DNA from: Vicugna vicugna
Lineage: Eukaryota
Reading direction: 5' to 3'
DNA: 64,000 nucleotides
NCBI GenBank assembly: GCA_013265495.1
Contig: MU058781.1
Location: 600,963 to 664,962 of the forward strand
Positions 10,008-23,243 of this stretch are shown here, piece by piece. The notes below the pieces were generated by a model, which ran no database searches, was not told where the DNA came from, and saw only the letters and a program-made list of their open reading frames with translations. Position numbers and translations under genes: made by a program. Numbering within the stretch: position 1 is the stretch's first letter; each line of letters begins with the position of its first letter.

Positions 10008-12717
10008 AAGCCAGGATATTTTATAATTCTTCAAAATAGCAAAAATCATCTTTCTCATAAGCTCCCAGATATTCCCACAAAGTAAGTAAATGCTGTGCAT
10101 TATTGATTTCATTTTGCTGTTGGGGAAATCAAGGCATTAGCATAGGCCAAGTAGTACTTGACCATAGGCTAAAAATTACTCATGAAATGCATGGAAAATC
10201 ATTTGAGAGCACCCATCTTCTACATTCAGAGTGTTGTTCCATTATGTTTCAATACATTCATTGTCAAGCTAACCAATTCCGTGTCTTTTGGAAGCACCAT
10301 TCAGGAAAAGCAGCATCGTCTCTGATGGCAGGAGAAAATGTGTATTTCTCCTTGGCCCATAGCATTGTGTTTATCTTCAAGAAAAAAAAAAAAGCAAATG
10401 ATAGATGATTGTTGCATCACCATATGTGAAGCAGTGAGTGAATAACAGAAAGAAGGAAAAAATGAGTGAAAACGCAATCGGAGTGTATTAGTATTCAGAG
10501 TGCTCAGATTGGATTTGGAAGGGATGCATTTTTTTTTTCCATTATCTTACTGCGTTTAATGTTAATGGTGACCTTGCTTGAAAGAAAAAGTAATACCGAC
10601 TGTCCTTTACATCATATCCTTGGGTCTTGCTTGTGGGGAATCCTCTGCTATGACCATGCCAGGGTCTGAGAAGAAATGGGTGATGGAAAACAAAAATTAG
10701 GAGATTTTGGCAGGGTGCCAACTGAGCACCATTTCTAGCACTGTCTTCTGAAGGCTGGGTAATCTGTATTCCTTCAGGCACCACATTCTTCAGTAGGGTT
10801 AATGATGAGAAATGAAGTGGAGAAAAGGAAGTTTCCAAGAACAGTAGCTTGGGTAGTTTCCTGATTCTCAGAACCCCTCTACTCCACAATAATGCAGAAA
10901 CTTCGTAAGACTGGAGCAGCATTTAGGGAAGGAAGACTCTTAACTTCCGTTATAGGTTGATTTCCTTGTTTGGTGCTCCCCACACAGTGGTTTTTTCTTC
11001 TGACTTTGTGATGGCAGACGTCTGGGCCTGGGCCAGTGGAAGCATCCATGACAGATCTTGCAACACAGTTTCTGTGTGAAATGGTATTTGTTCATGTAGA
11101 TCTTGCTTATTCTGTTTGGTTCAGTGCAATGGAAACAAAAGCATCATTTTTAATTAATCTGTTTGCAATTCTATTCTGGTCCACAGCTCCATGAAATACG
11201 TCTCCAGGGTCTTTGAATATAGTAGCTAGTAATCAGCTTTAAGCTTTCATATTTATCCTAATTCAAAGCACTCATTTCACAAAATATTTTGTGCCTGTCA
11301 CACATCACTGATGATTAAGTTTCCAATTGTCTTTCAAGTTTATTTTCTTTTGCAATGTGTTATAGTACATCACCTTTGGAAGTTTGACAAAATGCTGTTT
11401 ATTTGTCTCATGCTGGAGTGCCTTGGTCTCCTGTATGGTTTGGTGGTTTATGTGATGTCATTGGCAGAGTGCATGCTAGGATGTCATGTCAGACGGAATA
11501 AGGGGGATCTAAGACCTGACTGAGAGAATCTGAAAGCAAAACGTGTGAGCTAACGTTCCCTCTTACAGCCTTTATCTGGGATGTTCAGCCTGGAATTAAG
11601 TTATGACCTATATAGTTTGTACAGTTACCTCGGGATGCAAACGTTGATCAAATATTTTTCTTTTGTGTAATGAAGACTAGCTTTTTGCAATGAATTTTAC
11701 CTACCTTTTAGAAGGCAGGACAGTTTTTCCCACTTTTTGGAAAAAATAATGATGTCTAGTAGTCAGGTGGCATCTACTTATGTACACAGCATAATTAGAG
11801 TATTTGAGAAAAATAAAATGCTTCTCGTTTTCATCTCTTTTCTCTCTTCCCTCAGTAAATTCAGCTGCTTACCAAACAGTTGCTGTTTGTTACTGTTTTT
11901 ATATTCATGTGAAGAAAAAATACACAGTTTCCTTAAGTGGCATAATAAATCAGAACGTTTAAAATGCTATGTTGAGTGAGATTTGTGTTCCAGTATGTAG
12001 ACTGTTACAGTGAAGCTAGAACTCTCCCAGGGAGAAGGGGCAGGGTCCCCCCGGAGAGGTCAATTTGCTTAGTGGAGGAGTGTATTTCCTCTCCGACCTA
12101 CAGCCCTGCTTTTAGTGCAGTTGTAGTGCTTTTCATTTGTTTGCTTGCTTGTTTATTTTAGAGTTTGGGAGGAATCCCGCCGTCCAGCTACTCCAGTTCT
12201 CTCACAGTAAATGTGGAGAAACTGGACTCTAGAAAGCACAGCTGCTGAGGAACTCCCAGATACCGAGTGGCCTCTGTTTTACCACTGGTTGGTTCTTAGA
12301 AAAGTCTGAGTCACAGGTACTCTGTGAGTGTAGGAGATTGTTTATTTAAATGTTTGACCAAAATAACCTTTCTTCTAATGCATAAAGGTCATGTAGTAAT
12401 TAAGCACAGACAGAGAATGTTAAATACCCGACCAACAGAACAAAGGCTCTTCGCTTAGGAACTCCGTGGTAATGACCTCTGTTGTCCCTGAAGTTCTAGT
12501 GGGCTGCTGCTCTGGTCACAGCCCACTGGAGGGAACAGTTCTGGTCAGTCTCATTCTGAATGTCCAGGAGACCCATGGGGACCTGGAATGGAAAAGCAGT
12601 GGGAAGGTGCAGGGTGCCTGGTGGACGTTTAACTTGTTCTTAAAAGATAATTATAAATATTGGTGGGACTCTTCCCCAATGATTTTTAAACTGTAAATCA
12701 GCTTCTACAATAACAAG

Positions 12718-13598
12718 TGTTCTATGACTTGTGCCAGTTACTGCCTTACTGCACCTCATCTGCAAGTTCGCCCATCAGTACCGCCCTGTGACTGGACCCT
12801 GAGCATTCCTTTTGCACACCCTTGTGTGAAGTTTGACCAGAAGCGGGCACAGTAAGGACACTGTTGCGGGGAGATGGGTTTTTCTTCCTGGTTCTCGTGG
12901 GCTTTATTTTGCTCTTTCCTGCTCTTGCTGCATGTCTGGTCTATAGGGCATGTGAGTGGAGACACCAGATGGTGCACTGCCCCAGCTGTGCACCCGGAAA
13001 GGACTGTACCTCCGTGACGTCACAGCCTTGTTTGGAGTTGGGGTGACCTTGCCTTGGGCCTTCCCAGTGCGATGCCACATGCTCCGGGACTCCTATTTGT
13101 AGTGGTATGTTGACTCCCACTGAGAAACTGCCTACCGGCCTTGAGAGTTGTGTCAGCCGTGCTTATGCACCTGCTATCCAGAGGTTGGGTTTCTGTGTCC
13201 CTCCCAGAGTGGATATCATGTGCTCCTGGTCTTACACTCACAACAGCACCCCAGCTCCCTTTCCCAGAGCCTTAGCTTGCCTACAGCCTGAAGGCTTTCT
13301 TCCTGTTTATACAGTGACCACGAGCCAGCTCTGGCCTGAGAAAACCAGTAGATTTTTCTGCCATACAGTGGACAGAAACACACCTCCAGTGAGGTCTGAA
13401 CCTGTGCCTTTGGAGGGGGCTTCACTTCCTACTTTGTCGTTTCTTGAGTACGCTCTTATCCCCAGGGAACCCTTTGGAGTTCTCTTTTCATCTTTGTATT
13501 AACTGTTCTATCATAGTTCAATAATTCTTAATATTAAACTTCCTTTTTTTAAAAATTACTAAGTGATACATCTCTCCTGATTGGACCCTGACTAATGT
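12718..13598 (+). mobile_element. ERVL-class solo LTR (MER54/MER74/MER88 group)
   Basis: Contains cacacctccagtgaggtctgaacc; ends aatattaaacttcc...aaattact...tctcctgattggaccctgactaat, typical of this group; 5' boundary approximate. Confidence 0.7.
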
Positions 13599-15109
13599 TT
13601 TAAAAAGATATCTAGCTCTTGTTCCCTAGAGAGGCAACATACCATAACGGATGTATCTCCTGTTCTTCCATTCACAATTCACACGCTAGATCCATCACTT
13701 ACCATAGAATCACCTCGCCTGGCCTCTCATGGCCTCATCCTTACCTCCCACAGACGTGTAGACCCAGCAGGTTTACACATGTAGAGTGCTAGTATGGTGA
13801 TTGTTACAAGGTATGTACTAAATACGTGGTAGATAACATGTTAGCTAAAATTATTTGAATGTGACCCAAATTGCAATAAATATATATAAATATGTATTTA
13901 GTTTATTAATCTATAAACCCAGTATATTTTCCCTAACCATCATAGCTACCATGGATATGGAATCTCTCTTAAATTATAAGCCCAGTAAAATTTATTATGA
14001 CATTTTACATATGTGAGTGTTACTGAATTTTCAAAAAAGTGATTCTGAATTTATTTTTAGCCTTGGTAAGGATACTAATAACAGAAAGGGCTTTCCCTTT
14101 TTGCATGATAGTGTCAATGAAAAAACATGATTCTGGGAATTTTATATTTTCCACTGAATAAAGCCTGAAAAGAATTTTTGGACAGTGTTGTGTGAAAATG
14201 ACTATTACTAACAAAATTATCCTATAAACATAATTGACCAAACTCTGAAGAACTCTTACAGCTGTTCATTGGAAGATCTGGATTTAGAATGCTGCTTTTC
14301 TGAATCTAATTCAGTTTGTTTTAAGACTGACTCTGACGTGAGCATGCTCATGTGATGGTGTAAACAATTATGGGTGATTAAAATGCATTCCTCCACTTGA
14401 ATCCTCTTTTTAGAATAAATTACATTACTGTTTTAAACAACAGGTTATAGCTGACATCATATCTAGATAAAGGGACTGGAACATCAAGTTTCAAGAAAAT
14501 AAAATCTCTATTTTTTTAAACCTGTATTGGGTATAACTGGAAGTGAGTTCATATAATCTAGAAATAATGGATTATACAACATAGACCAAATTAAATTTGG
14601 ATAATTGGCTAGTTTTTTAACTGAAATGCACTTGTTTATTCTACTGCCAACATTTTGGTTCCAGGATCTATTAGTTCTGAATATAGTGGTAGTTCAGATC
14701 TAATTTTCTTACCCTGTCTCCCAACTATTACTGCCCTGAATGGTTCAACTAAAAATGTATAGAGATAATATAGAGCTTAAACTTGTGGTATAATTTTTCT
14801 ACATGCAGAAACAGAGATGAAATGATAAAAATAACAATTGTTGGCTAGTAGGAAAATTCCAATCGATAAACACATGTTTAATGTGATAGGAACATTTTAA
14901 CCAATAAAAGATTTTGAGCAAGACTGAGCACAATACCAGGAAAAAAATGAACAGGAATAAACCTGCATGGACAAGAAGACAGACTAGACTACCCTCCTTT
15001 AACTGATTTTTCCAAAAGTAAAGTTATATGAATAAAGAGCACTTTGGGGTGAAGGCCAACTACTGTGCATAATCATGACTCTAACATGTTAAGTGTGACA
15101 AAGAGACAG

Positions 15110-15262
15110 AATGAAAGATTGGAGAGAACACAGACTAACGTTAAGACAGGTCTAGGTTCAGCCTCTAGCTTGCTGAATCTTAGTCTTTTCACTGTGCACT
15201 GGGGGTAATATAAGCCATGTAAGGTATTTCTGAAGACTAAATGAAATCACGTATTAAAATCT
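15110..15262 (+). mobile_element. MIR fragment
   Basis: ggagagaacacagact...gtctaggttcagcc...gaagactaaatgaaatcacgtattaaa. Confidence 0.55.
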
Positions 15263-15851
15263 TCTGCTGCTTCTCCTATGGACAGCTCATATACGAGATT
15301 TTATAGCTGCTAAGTAAAAAATGTAGAGTAGAACATTAAATCTGTTACATTTTATTGATTTCCAGATCTGAAGAAAATAATAAAGAATTATTAGAAATAT
15401 TCTTCTCTAAACGTAAGCAAATTTACTTTTTAAGTTGTAAAGTGCTAGTAAAATGTTAGTTCCCATTGTGATGGTGGTATTTGTCGTGTGGAGTATCATC
15501 GTAAGTCACCTGAAAATCCAAAACCAAAATCATCCATCAAATGTCCATTACTGTAATATATCTGTGAGTTTAAAAATAATGGAATAACATGAACGTAATT
15601 GTCATAATGTGGATCATTAGGTTGAGTGAACTAGATTTGCTTTAAAAATAAATAATTGTCACCATTATTATTCATTTTCTCTTAGTTGTTTCGGAATCAT
15701 TTGAATTTTGAACACTTTATATGTACCAGAGACAGGAAGTGGAATGGTCTTGATGACGACTCTTCTCCAAATCCTAAAGCTCTTTCTAGTGTCTGACAAG
15801 ACTTTAGAGTTTTGCTTCAAACAGAGAATCTGTGGCTCATGAAAAGCCTAG

Positions 15852-15972
15852 ATGCATTCATTCATTCTCAACAAATACTTATTAACTGCCTGCCGTGGGC
15901 CGTATATTGGCGACACATCATTGCCAAAAACCAAGTCCCTGTCTGCTTGAAGCTCGCCTTCTAGTTGTAGGG
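15852..15972 (-). mobile_element. L2 3' end
   Basis: cattcattcattctcaacaaatacttattaactgcctgcc...aagtccctgtc..tgaagctcgccttctagttg. Confidence 0.75.
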
Positions 15973-18171
15973 GTTAGGAGAGAGGGTGGATGGTGGCTCA
16001 CAGGAAATCCAAGATAAAATTCCCTCGAGCACATGAACCTGAGTAGGAGGAGGTACTGAGCAGCAGTTTTCACTTGTTCAGGAGCAACTGAATGAAATAA
16101 AATCTCTTGAAACATATAAAAACGAATAATGTTACATCCTCTTGTTTTAATCTCTTACCCTGATAAATCCAAGGCATGCCCTTAGCCTTGCAGAAGCCTC
16201 TTCACTGGAGAGTCCCTTTTCTTCTTGGCCCTGCCCAGTCAAGCTTCTTTCTAATAAATGGATTAAGGATTTCAAGTACCTGAATTCTCAGTCTTTCTTA
16301 CATTCAGTGATGTGATAAAATAAGAAAGAATTACTTTGTAATAATATGCGTTGTTCAGTTGGGGTGATAATGGTATTGCCATCAAGGAGTGCTTTGTTCA
16401 TCATTAAATATCTCTTCCTACAACACCTGGAAAAGGGGGGAAACTTTTAAGCAACTTCGTGGGAAGATGAACCTCAATACATGTGCTCTAGAAATATTTG
16501 CATATTTCACACTGTTAATAAAAATCACTGTTAGCAGAAGATCTCAATTTTAATACTACAGATTTCATATAGGTATGTCTTGCATGCAGTAAGAATTTGA
16601 AATATTTTGAAAGAATACTCAGTAAAAATATATTCTGAGGAATATTGGGACAGTATGGGGAAGAGTAGATTCTCAAAAGATTGGGTTTATCACACAACCA
16701 GACTATCACTTTCCTTTATTTTCAATCCTAAAATAAAATGTAAATAATAATCTAAAATCTAGATACTCCAGGTATTTGAGAACTGAAGTCATTTGATGTG
16801 ATATTTCCTTTCATCATTAAAACAGAATAAAGGGTGATTATCCACAGCAGTGTGAGTGTAAGAAGGAAATTGTGAAGGAGACAACCGCATGAAAGCTAAA
16901 GATCTCCTATGTCAAGAATATTAGCAAGGCTCATCAGCTTTGGCAGTGATGAGAGTTTAGTGAAAAAAGACCAGAAGAAAGATAATTCAGCACAGAATCT
17001 ATGTCACAATATGCACACCTGTGTAAAATCACATCCACACGAGTGTAAAAAGGATCTTTAAATAGAGCACTAGACTTTCTTGTATTTTTCATGGCTACTT
17101 TAAATAAAACTTTGACCATTGAAAAACTTACTGTTCATTTTTATGCCCAGAGTGTAGTGGCTTTGCAAAATAGATTACCCTCCAGATATTTAAGGTTCAA
17201 ATAAAACACAGGCAGGGGGTTGATTTTGTAAATAAAACACTGAAATTCTAGCCTTCAGTACCTTAAAATATTGTTACTATCAAATAATTCATGTATTAGA
17301 GAGCAACTTTGTCTATCTTCAGGTTAAATTTAACACTATTCCTAGATAATCAAAGTTGAAATAAAATCCCTGTCACAGTGGATATAATAATTTTTTACTG
17401 TATTCACTAGAGTAAATGATGATGTTATTCACAGGATTAGATAACCCTTAAGTCACATTGAATTCAGCTTCATAATTTAAGTTGAAAACTGTAAAACATT
17501 ATAATTTGGCATCACTTGCAAATTGTGCACTTAGATTCATTCAAATTAGTGAAGCTTATTAGAGCTGCATGTCCTTTTTTTATAAGATTTTGCTCACTTG
17601 CACAATATGAACTTCACCTGAGGTGGTTATTACTAGATTTTTGGTACAGACATTTATTTCCTCTTCTTGAAGCATATAAGTGATCACCCCACATTCTTCT
17701 GTTTTCATAATTTCTGGCTATTTTGTGAAACAAATTACTCATTCTAGTCTTATAGCTGTATCCCAAGACGCCAACAAACTGCCCAGGTACTAGGTTGGCA
17801 TTTCAAAATATTTTCTGATTTGGGGGGAAAAAAGGGCTAATGTGTGTCTTAATCATAAAATACATAAAATTTTGGCAAATCTTAAGTTTTTCTGACACTT
17901 ATTTTTAAACATTGAAAATATACTCTTACAGGAATATAGAATCCTAAAGTGGAGGATAACAAAATCAAACTTCAGTTAATTCTTGTATTAAGATTTATTT
18001 TGTACTTTTGGGGAAAAATTAGTAATAAATATATATAGATACTCTTCTGATAGAGGCAAGGCTAGTCTGTGATCACAAGTGAACCCTGAAATCTCAGAAT
18101 AAGACAGTGAAGGTTGATTTCTTGTTCGCATTGTTGTCAGATGTGGTTCTGGCTGCTCTCCTCCAGGAGAT

Positions 18172-19160
18172 ACTGCTAATTTTCCTTACAAGCAAGTTAC
18201 ACTAATTAACATTCCCACCAGTAATTCACAATGTGCATATTTCCTCAAACTAGTATAGGTAATACTTTGCTCCATCAAATGGCTTCCATACTAGGTAAAA
18301 TTGTATATTTGTACCTTACACTTTAATTAGCATTATAGAATTATGACTGATTTTAACATATTTTCATGTATTCGTTAACCATCGATTTCTTCTTAAAAAT
18401 CAGTCCATGTGACCTGCTGCTTATTTTTCTAAATTGTCTTTTCTGAATTGTTGAACATTTCCTTATTGTTTTGTCTACTTAGTACATGCATGTTCTTTCT
18501 CATTCTACAGAAACAGACACACCTGTGTGCACATACATATGTAACTGAATCATTGCTGATTAATGATTTATAAATGACCTTTAGTAAAGATTGATTGTTA
18601 GTCTTTTTTGTGTCTTGTGTAACAATTTTTCCCATTTTGTTTTAGATGTGATTTTTGTTTATTTATTGTTTCTTGACCTACAGAAATGGAGAATGTACTG
18701 GTGTTTTCACTATACCGTATTAGAATATTGTTACCTGATTTTAAGAAAAAATTTCTTGCCCCAGGTTTATTCTTTGAGCAATATGTTTTCTTCTAGTGCC
18801 TTTGTGATTTGATGTATTATTTTTAAATAGACAATGAGTATATCAAAACTGTATTACAGGATAAGAGAGTTCGGAGGGGTCATCTTTTCACAACTAATTT
18901 TAAGGTAACTTTTATTATATGAAAATGTGTCCATTTGCATCTGGATCTGTCTTGACTTTCTGTCCTCCCTCCTGAGCTCCTCATTTACCAGCAGTGAACT
19001 GTTTTAGTTCTTGTAGCTCTGCAGTCTGTTTCGTGTTTAGTAAATAAGTCTCTGCTCATTAATCTTACTGTTTAGGTTTTTGTTCATTGTTCTTTAACAT
19101 TTTTGTTACAAAAGGAAAACACTAACAATGATTTTATCATATTTAATTTGCACATTAACT
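18172..19160 (-). mobile_element. Old L1 (L1ME) ORF2 3' region
   Basis: actaattaacattcccaccag...tattttcatgtattcgttaaccat...actgttttagttcttgtagctctgcagt follows the reverse L1 3' region. Confidence 0.7.
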
Positions 19161-20209
19161 CAGGAATATTGTCTTTAGAATAAAAAATTAAGTTGCTCAT
19201 TTTTGTTGACAAGCAAGAAGAAATTTTAAAATATACCATATTCTATACAATCTGAAGTAAACTTTATTAAAAAAACTTACATGTATGCAAGTGTTACTAC
19301 ATTTTCTGCTCTAATATACTGTATTTTCATCCAAATACATATTTATTTTTAAAGTCTAACTTTTTAAATTTCTTCAAATTAGTTATATTTTATGATCTCT
19401 CTAATAACTAATATTTTTATCTAGTAAATTTGTCACAAATGATTCTTCCTGTTTTTATTCTGTTGGGGTAACATATAAAATTCTCTTTCCTTAAGGCAGA
19501 TCATTCTTTTCCTTTTCAGAAATCAAACCTTTGTGTTCCTCTAAATTATAACTTCAGTTTGATATTTCATGAATAAATGCATCTTCCATTGGCTTTTATT
19601 AAGTATTTGTCGGTAAATCATGTCTTTTCTGACTTGCTGTCTTTGATAAGGGAACTACTGAGTAAAAAGACATGACACTTCATTCCTATTCATTGGGAAG
19701 CTTCCCTGCTTCCCTTAGCTTTCCAAGCTCTCTTTGTAGAACTTCTCCTTGGCTGCATATTCCACTTCCTTCTCTCTATTTTTTTATTCTTTTTTATCCT
19801 CCAGCAAGAGAATTATGGGCTAAGTATTTAATGCTACAATGTGATTTCTTCACTTCAACTAGGATATTTTTTCCAAAAAAAAAAAAAGAAAAATAATACT
19901 GTCATAGATTTTGTCTTCCTTTATGTAGAATTTATGAATAGAGAGAAAAATATAACAATTATTATAATAAATATAAAAATATTCACATATATGAGTAGGG
20001 AGAAAAAAGATTAGGTCTTTCTGATAATAAGACTACCTTTTGAGAACGCTTTACTCTGGTTAGGGACAGACATAGATAGTTCTGAAAGTCAAGACATAGA
20101 ATGGATAACAGTCTTACAGTGAGAAGTATTTATGAAATCAAGATTGCTGAGATCTGTTTCCCTTGGAACAAGGAAGCCAAGTTTTGCAGGTGAACATCTG
20201 CAGTGTACT

Positions 20210-20540
20210 TGTAGCTTCGGCTGCTATGAGAGTTGGCTGATGATAACTAACAGCTATTCTCTTTTGCAGAGAATTGCTCTGAACTGTATCACTGGGAGGC
20301 TATGTTCCCTTCTTAGGGGTAGAACTGATACTTGCTGAAAGCTGACTGGCCTGGTTATGAGTCTGTGGCCCCCTTCCCTGAAGGTTGGACTAACTCTGTA
20401 TGAAAGCTAGCTTCAGAGCTTCCCATGGGATCAGACTGGAACTGGTCTCCAGCTGGAGTCCTTCTCTTGCCGGCCTTCACCTTCCCAATCCTGCTACCCT
20501 GAATCCCTTTCTCCCCTAGTAAGTCATACAGCACAAGGTG
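20210..20540 (+). mobile_element. LTR16-like ERVL LTR fragment
   Basis: gagaattgctctg...ggactaactctgt...cagagcttcccatgggatcagactgga...cttcccaatcctgct. Confidence 0.65.
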
Positions 20541-20543
20541 AGC

Positions 20544-20950
20544 TGTGGCAGACAGCTGTTTTTGAGGCCCCAGTGAAACCATGCCTTCTTTATTCAGACC
20601 CTGTGTAGTCCTCTCCACATTGAGCTTGGCCTGGTGTCAGACTTTGGCTGATGAGATATTGTTAAGCTTCATGCATTGGAATGTGTCTTCTCTGAATGCT
20701 CCTTGGAACCTAGTGGCTCTCTGGGAGAAGCCCAAACCACATGGAAGAGTCCAGTGGGAGAGAAATGGGGCATTCTCAAATGGCAGCCAGTGCCAACTGC
20801 CAGCCAGCTGCAGGAGTTCAGTCAGGTGGCATCACGAACAAAAAAACCACTGAGCTAAACCCAGACAACCCAGAGGATGACAAAAAATATTTAAGTAGTC
20901 ACTATTTTAAGCCAGTAGTCTTAAGGGTGATTTGTCACTGACAACTGAAA
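20544..20950 (+). mobile_element. MaLR LTR (MLT1H-like)
   Basis: Starts tgtggcagac; contains gagaagcccaaaccacatgga and cagccagtgccaactgccagcca; ends ctattttaagccagtagtcttaagggtgatttgtcac. Confidence 0.8.
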
Positions 20951-21095
20951 AAGATATCACAAAATTAGAACAAATGGATTCATAGTGGAATATTTTCATC
21001 ATGCTATGGTAAAATCTGTACAACTGCTCCTATGTTACCCTATGTTAAAAATCCTCCTAATCACCCAAATTTGTGTGTATTTCCATCTCTTACAG

Positions 21096-21149
21096 AGGCC
21101 TGGCTAGATGCCCTCATTGCCATTTGCATTTTGCTTGCCAGTCAATGCA
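21096..21149 (+). ncRNA. Candidate 54-nt exon
   Basis: Branch-like CTAAT about 35 nt upstream, acceptor tttccatctcttacag| and donor GCA|GTGAGT. Confidence 0.3.
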
Positions 21150-22847
21150 GTGAGTCAGGGCAGGTTATAATACATTCTCACATTTAGCTAAAACGTCTTT
21201 CTTAGAAACTTCTAAGACTCAAAATTACTTTATTTTTTAATATTTTAAAGCATTTCAGCCCGACTCTTAAAAGTGAGCAGTAAGTCATATACCAGTTTCA
21301 ATGCGAAGTGGTTGTAGTTAGGGCTTGGGTAGCCTCATTTGTGAAATGACACTTACTGGTCACATCTTTATAATTGGTTAAGCAATGGAAGCTTGGCACT
21401 AGGACCCATCTGTATTTTTGTTATACTCATCTTATTTCTTTTATGGATTATGTGGTTATATTCCTACACACTTGTAAGGCAGTGAGTCAGTCATAGTTAT
21501 ATTTTCTTTTTTTCAAGGAACTAGCCAGTAATGAAAAAATTCATCCCAGTTACAGTAATGATTCTAATAAATGGATGGATCTGCATAAAACACCTTAGTA
21601 TACAAATATATGCATAGATACACATTTGTAGTTCATAAAGACATCTAACGTGTACATGTGTGTATATAAATGTGTATAATTAAATCACTATTAAATGGCA
21701 AGTAGGCATTCTCTTGCTATTTTTTACAGCATTTTCTTGTTTTCTGAAATCAACCCTACCACATCTAAACCTGTCTAATGTTACCCACATATGAGGAGTG
21801 AATATAGCCTGAAAAGCTCTGATAAATTTCTAAACTACACATCTAAATAATGAACAACAAGTAACCACAGTAAAACTGTCTACAAGCATTAACTTGTACT
21901 AAAGGCACTCTCCTACTTAGGAACAAAGGCAGCTCTGTGAGAACCTTTCTTAGCAGGAGATGAAGCAGTAAACAAGCCTTTAGACATATTTTTTCCCCTC
22001 AGACAAAGCTTCTGTTACCACATTATCTTGTCAAGTTGTATGAAGTTTAGATGGATCAATACTTACACAGGTAACTTCTAAGGAACACCTGGCCTTCCAG
22101 GAGGTGACATGTTAATTAAATAGATAGCATTCTTTTTCTTAATGTACAAGTGCTTGAGTTTTAGTGCTACTTTTGGATTCCTTAGTCTCTGTTTTAATAC
22201 TTTTGTGAGCTTGAGGGCTAAAACCAGCCAAGAAACCTAGTAAAATGTAATAATTTGGGGAATGTTAATAGTGGTATTTTGGCTAAAGAAAAAAAGAACA
22301 TGCAAATTTTTCCTTTGATCTCATTTGCCTTTTTTAGCTTACCAGAATAAGTCTGAGGTATGTTCCTGAGTATTTTGTAACTTAATTTGGTTTTGAAAAA
22401 TATGAAGAACTTGTCTAATAACAGACTCACACTTTTGTGATTTCCTAAGCCACAGTGTCAAATTTGGCTAGTTAACAGATCTTCAGGGCAGGAGCAGTTC
22501 AGAATCAATAACCACAACCTCACCATGAGAAAGTCACCTTCATTCTAACCAAGAAGAGTTTGTGGCCCCTGTCTGCAGCATCAGACAAAAGAAGGGCCCG
22601 ACCTTCAATAAATTATTAGTACTTAAAATAAATGTTGCTTAGGTATGATTTAAAGATAATTTATGAATAATGCATACATCTTGGGCCCTTGTTCACTTAT
22701 TTTCACATTTATGTGTAGTTTTTAAAAAATCAGATAATTTTACTTTCAAAGAAAATGTGACCACATATTTAAAGGGGAGACACTTATTTTTAAGTATTTA
22801 ATAAGTAAACTATTTACCCTCATACAAGTGCTTTACCTTTCATTTTT

Positions 22848-23243
22848 TTGAGGAAATTACAAGTTTTATTTTTAAAATGAACTCTTGTGCAATAATGAGT
22901 GTTAACCTACGTATCTTTTTTTTAACATTTTTTATTGATTTATAATCATTTTACAATGTTGTGTCGAATTCCAGTGTAGAGCACAATTTTTCAGTTATAC
23001 ATGAACATATATATATATATGCATTTTCACATTATTTCCTCTGTGAGCTACCATAAGATCTTGCATATATTATACCATAAGACATATATTTCCCTGTGCT
23101 ATACTGTATAGTCTTGTTTATCTATTCTACAATTTTGAATTCGCAGTCTGTCTCTTCCCACCCCCCACCCCCTTGGCAACCACAAGTTTGTATTCTATGT
23201 CTGTGAGTCTATTTCTGTTCTGTATTTATGCTTTGTTTTTTTT
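22848..23243 (-). mobile_element. 5'-truncated camelid L1 (22916-23243) with probable 3' transduction (22850-22915)
   Basis: aacatttttattgatttataatcattttacaatgttgtgtcgaattccagtgtagagcac is a young L1 3' end; identical 16-bp TSD TTTACCTTTCATTTTT at 22832-22847 and 23244-23259. Confidence 0.85.

Noticed and set aside
13107..13502. 131-aa ORF
   Set aside because: Lies wholly within an ERVL LTR; no protein similarity recognised
21147..21490. Repeated GCAGTGAGTCAG (AP-1-containing 12-mer) at about 21147 and 21479
   Set aside because: Short; AP-1 heptamers occur several times by chance in 64 kb, and there is no other support
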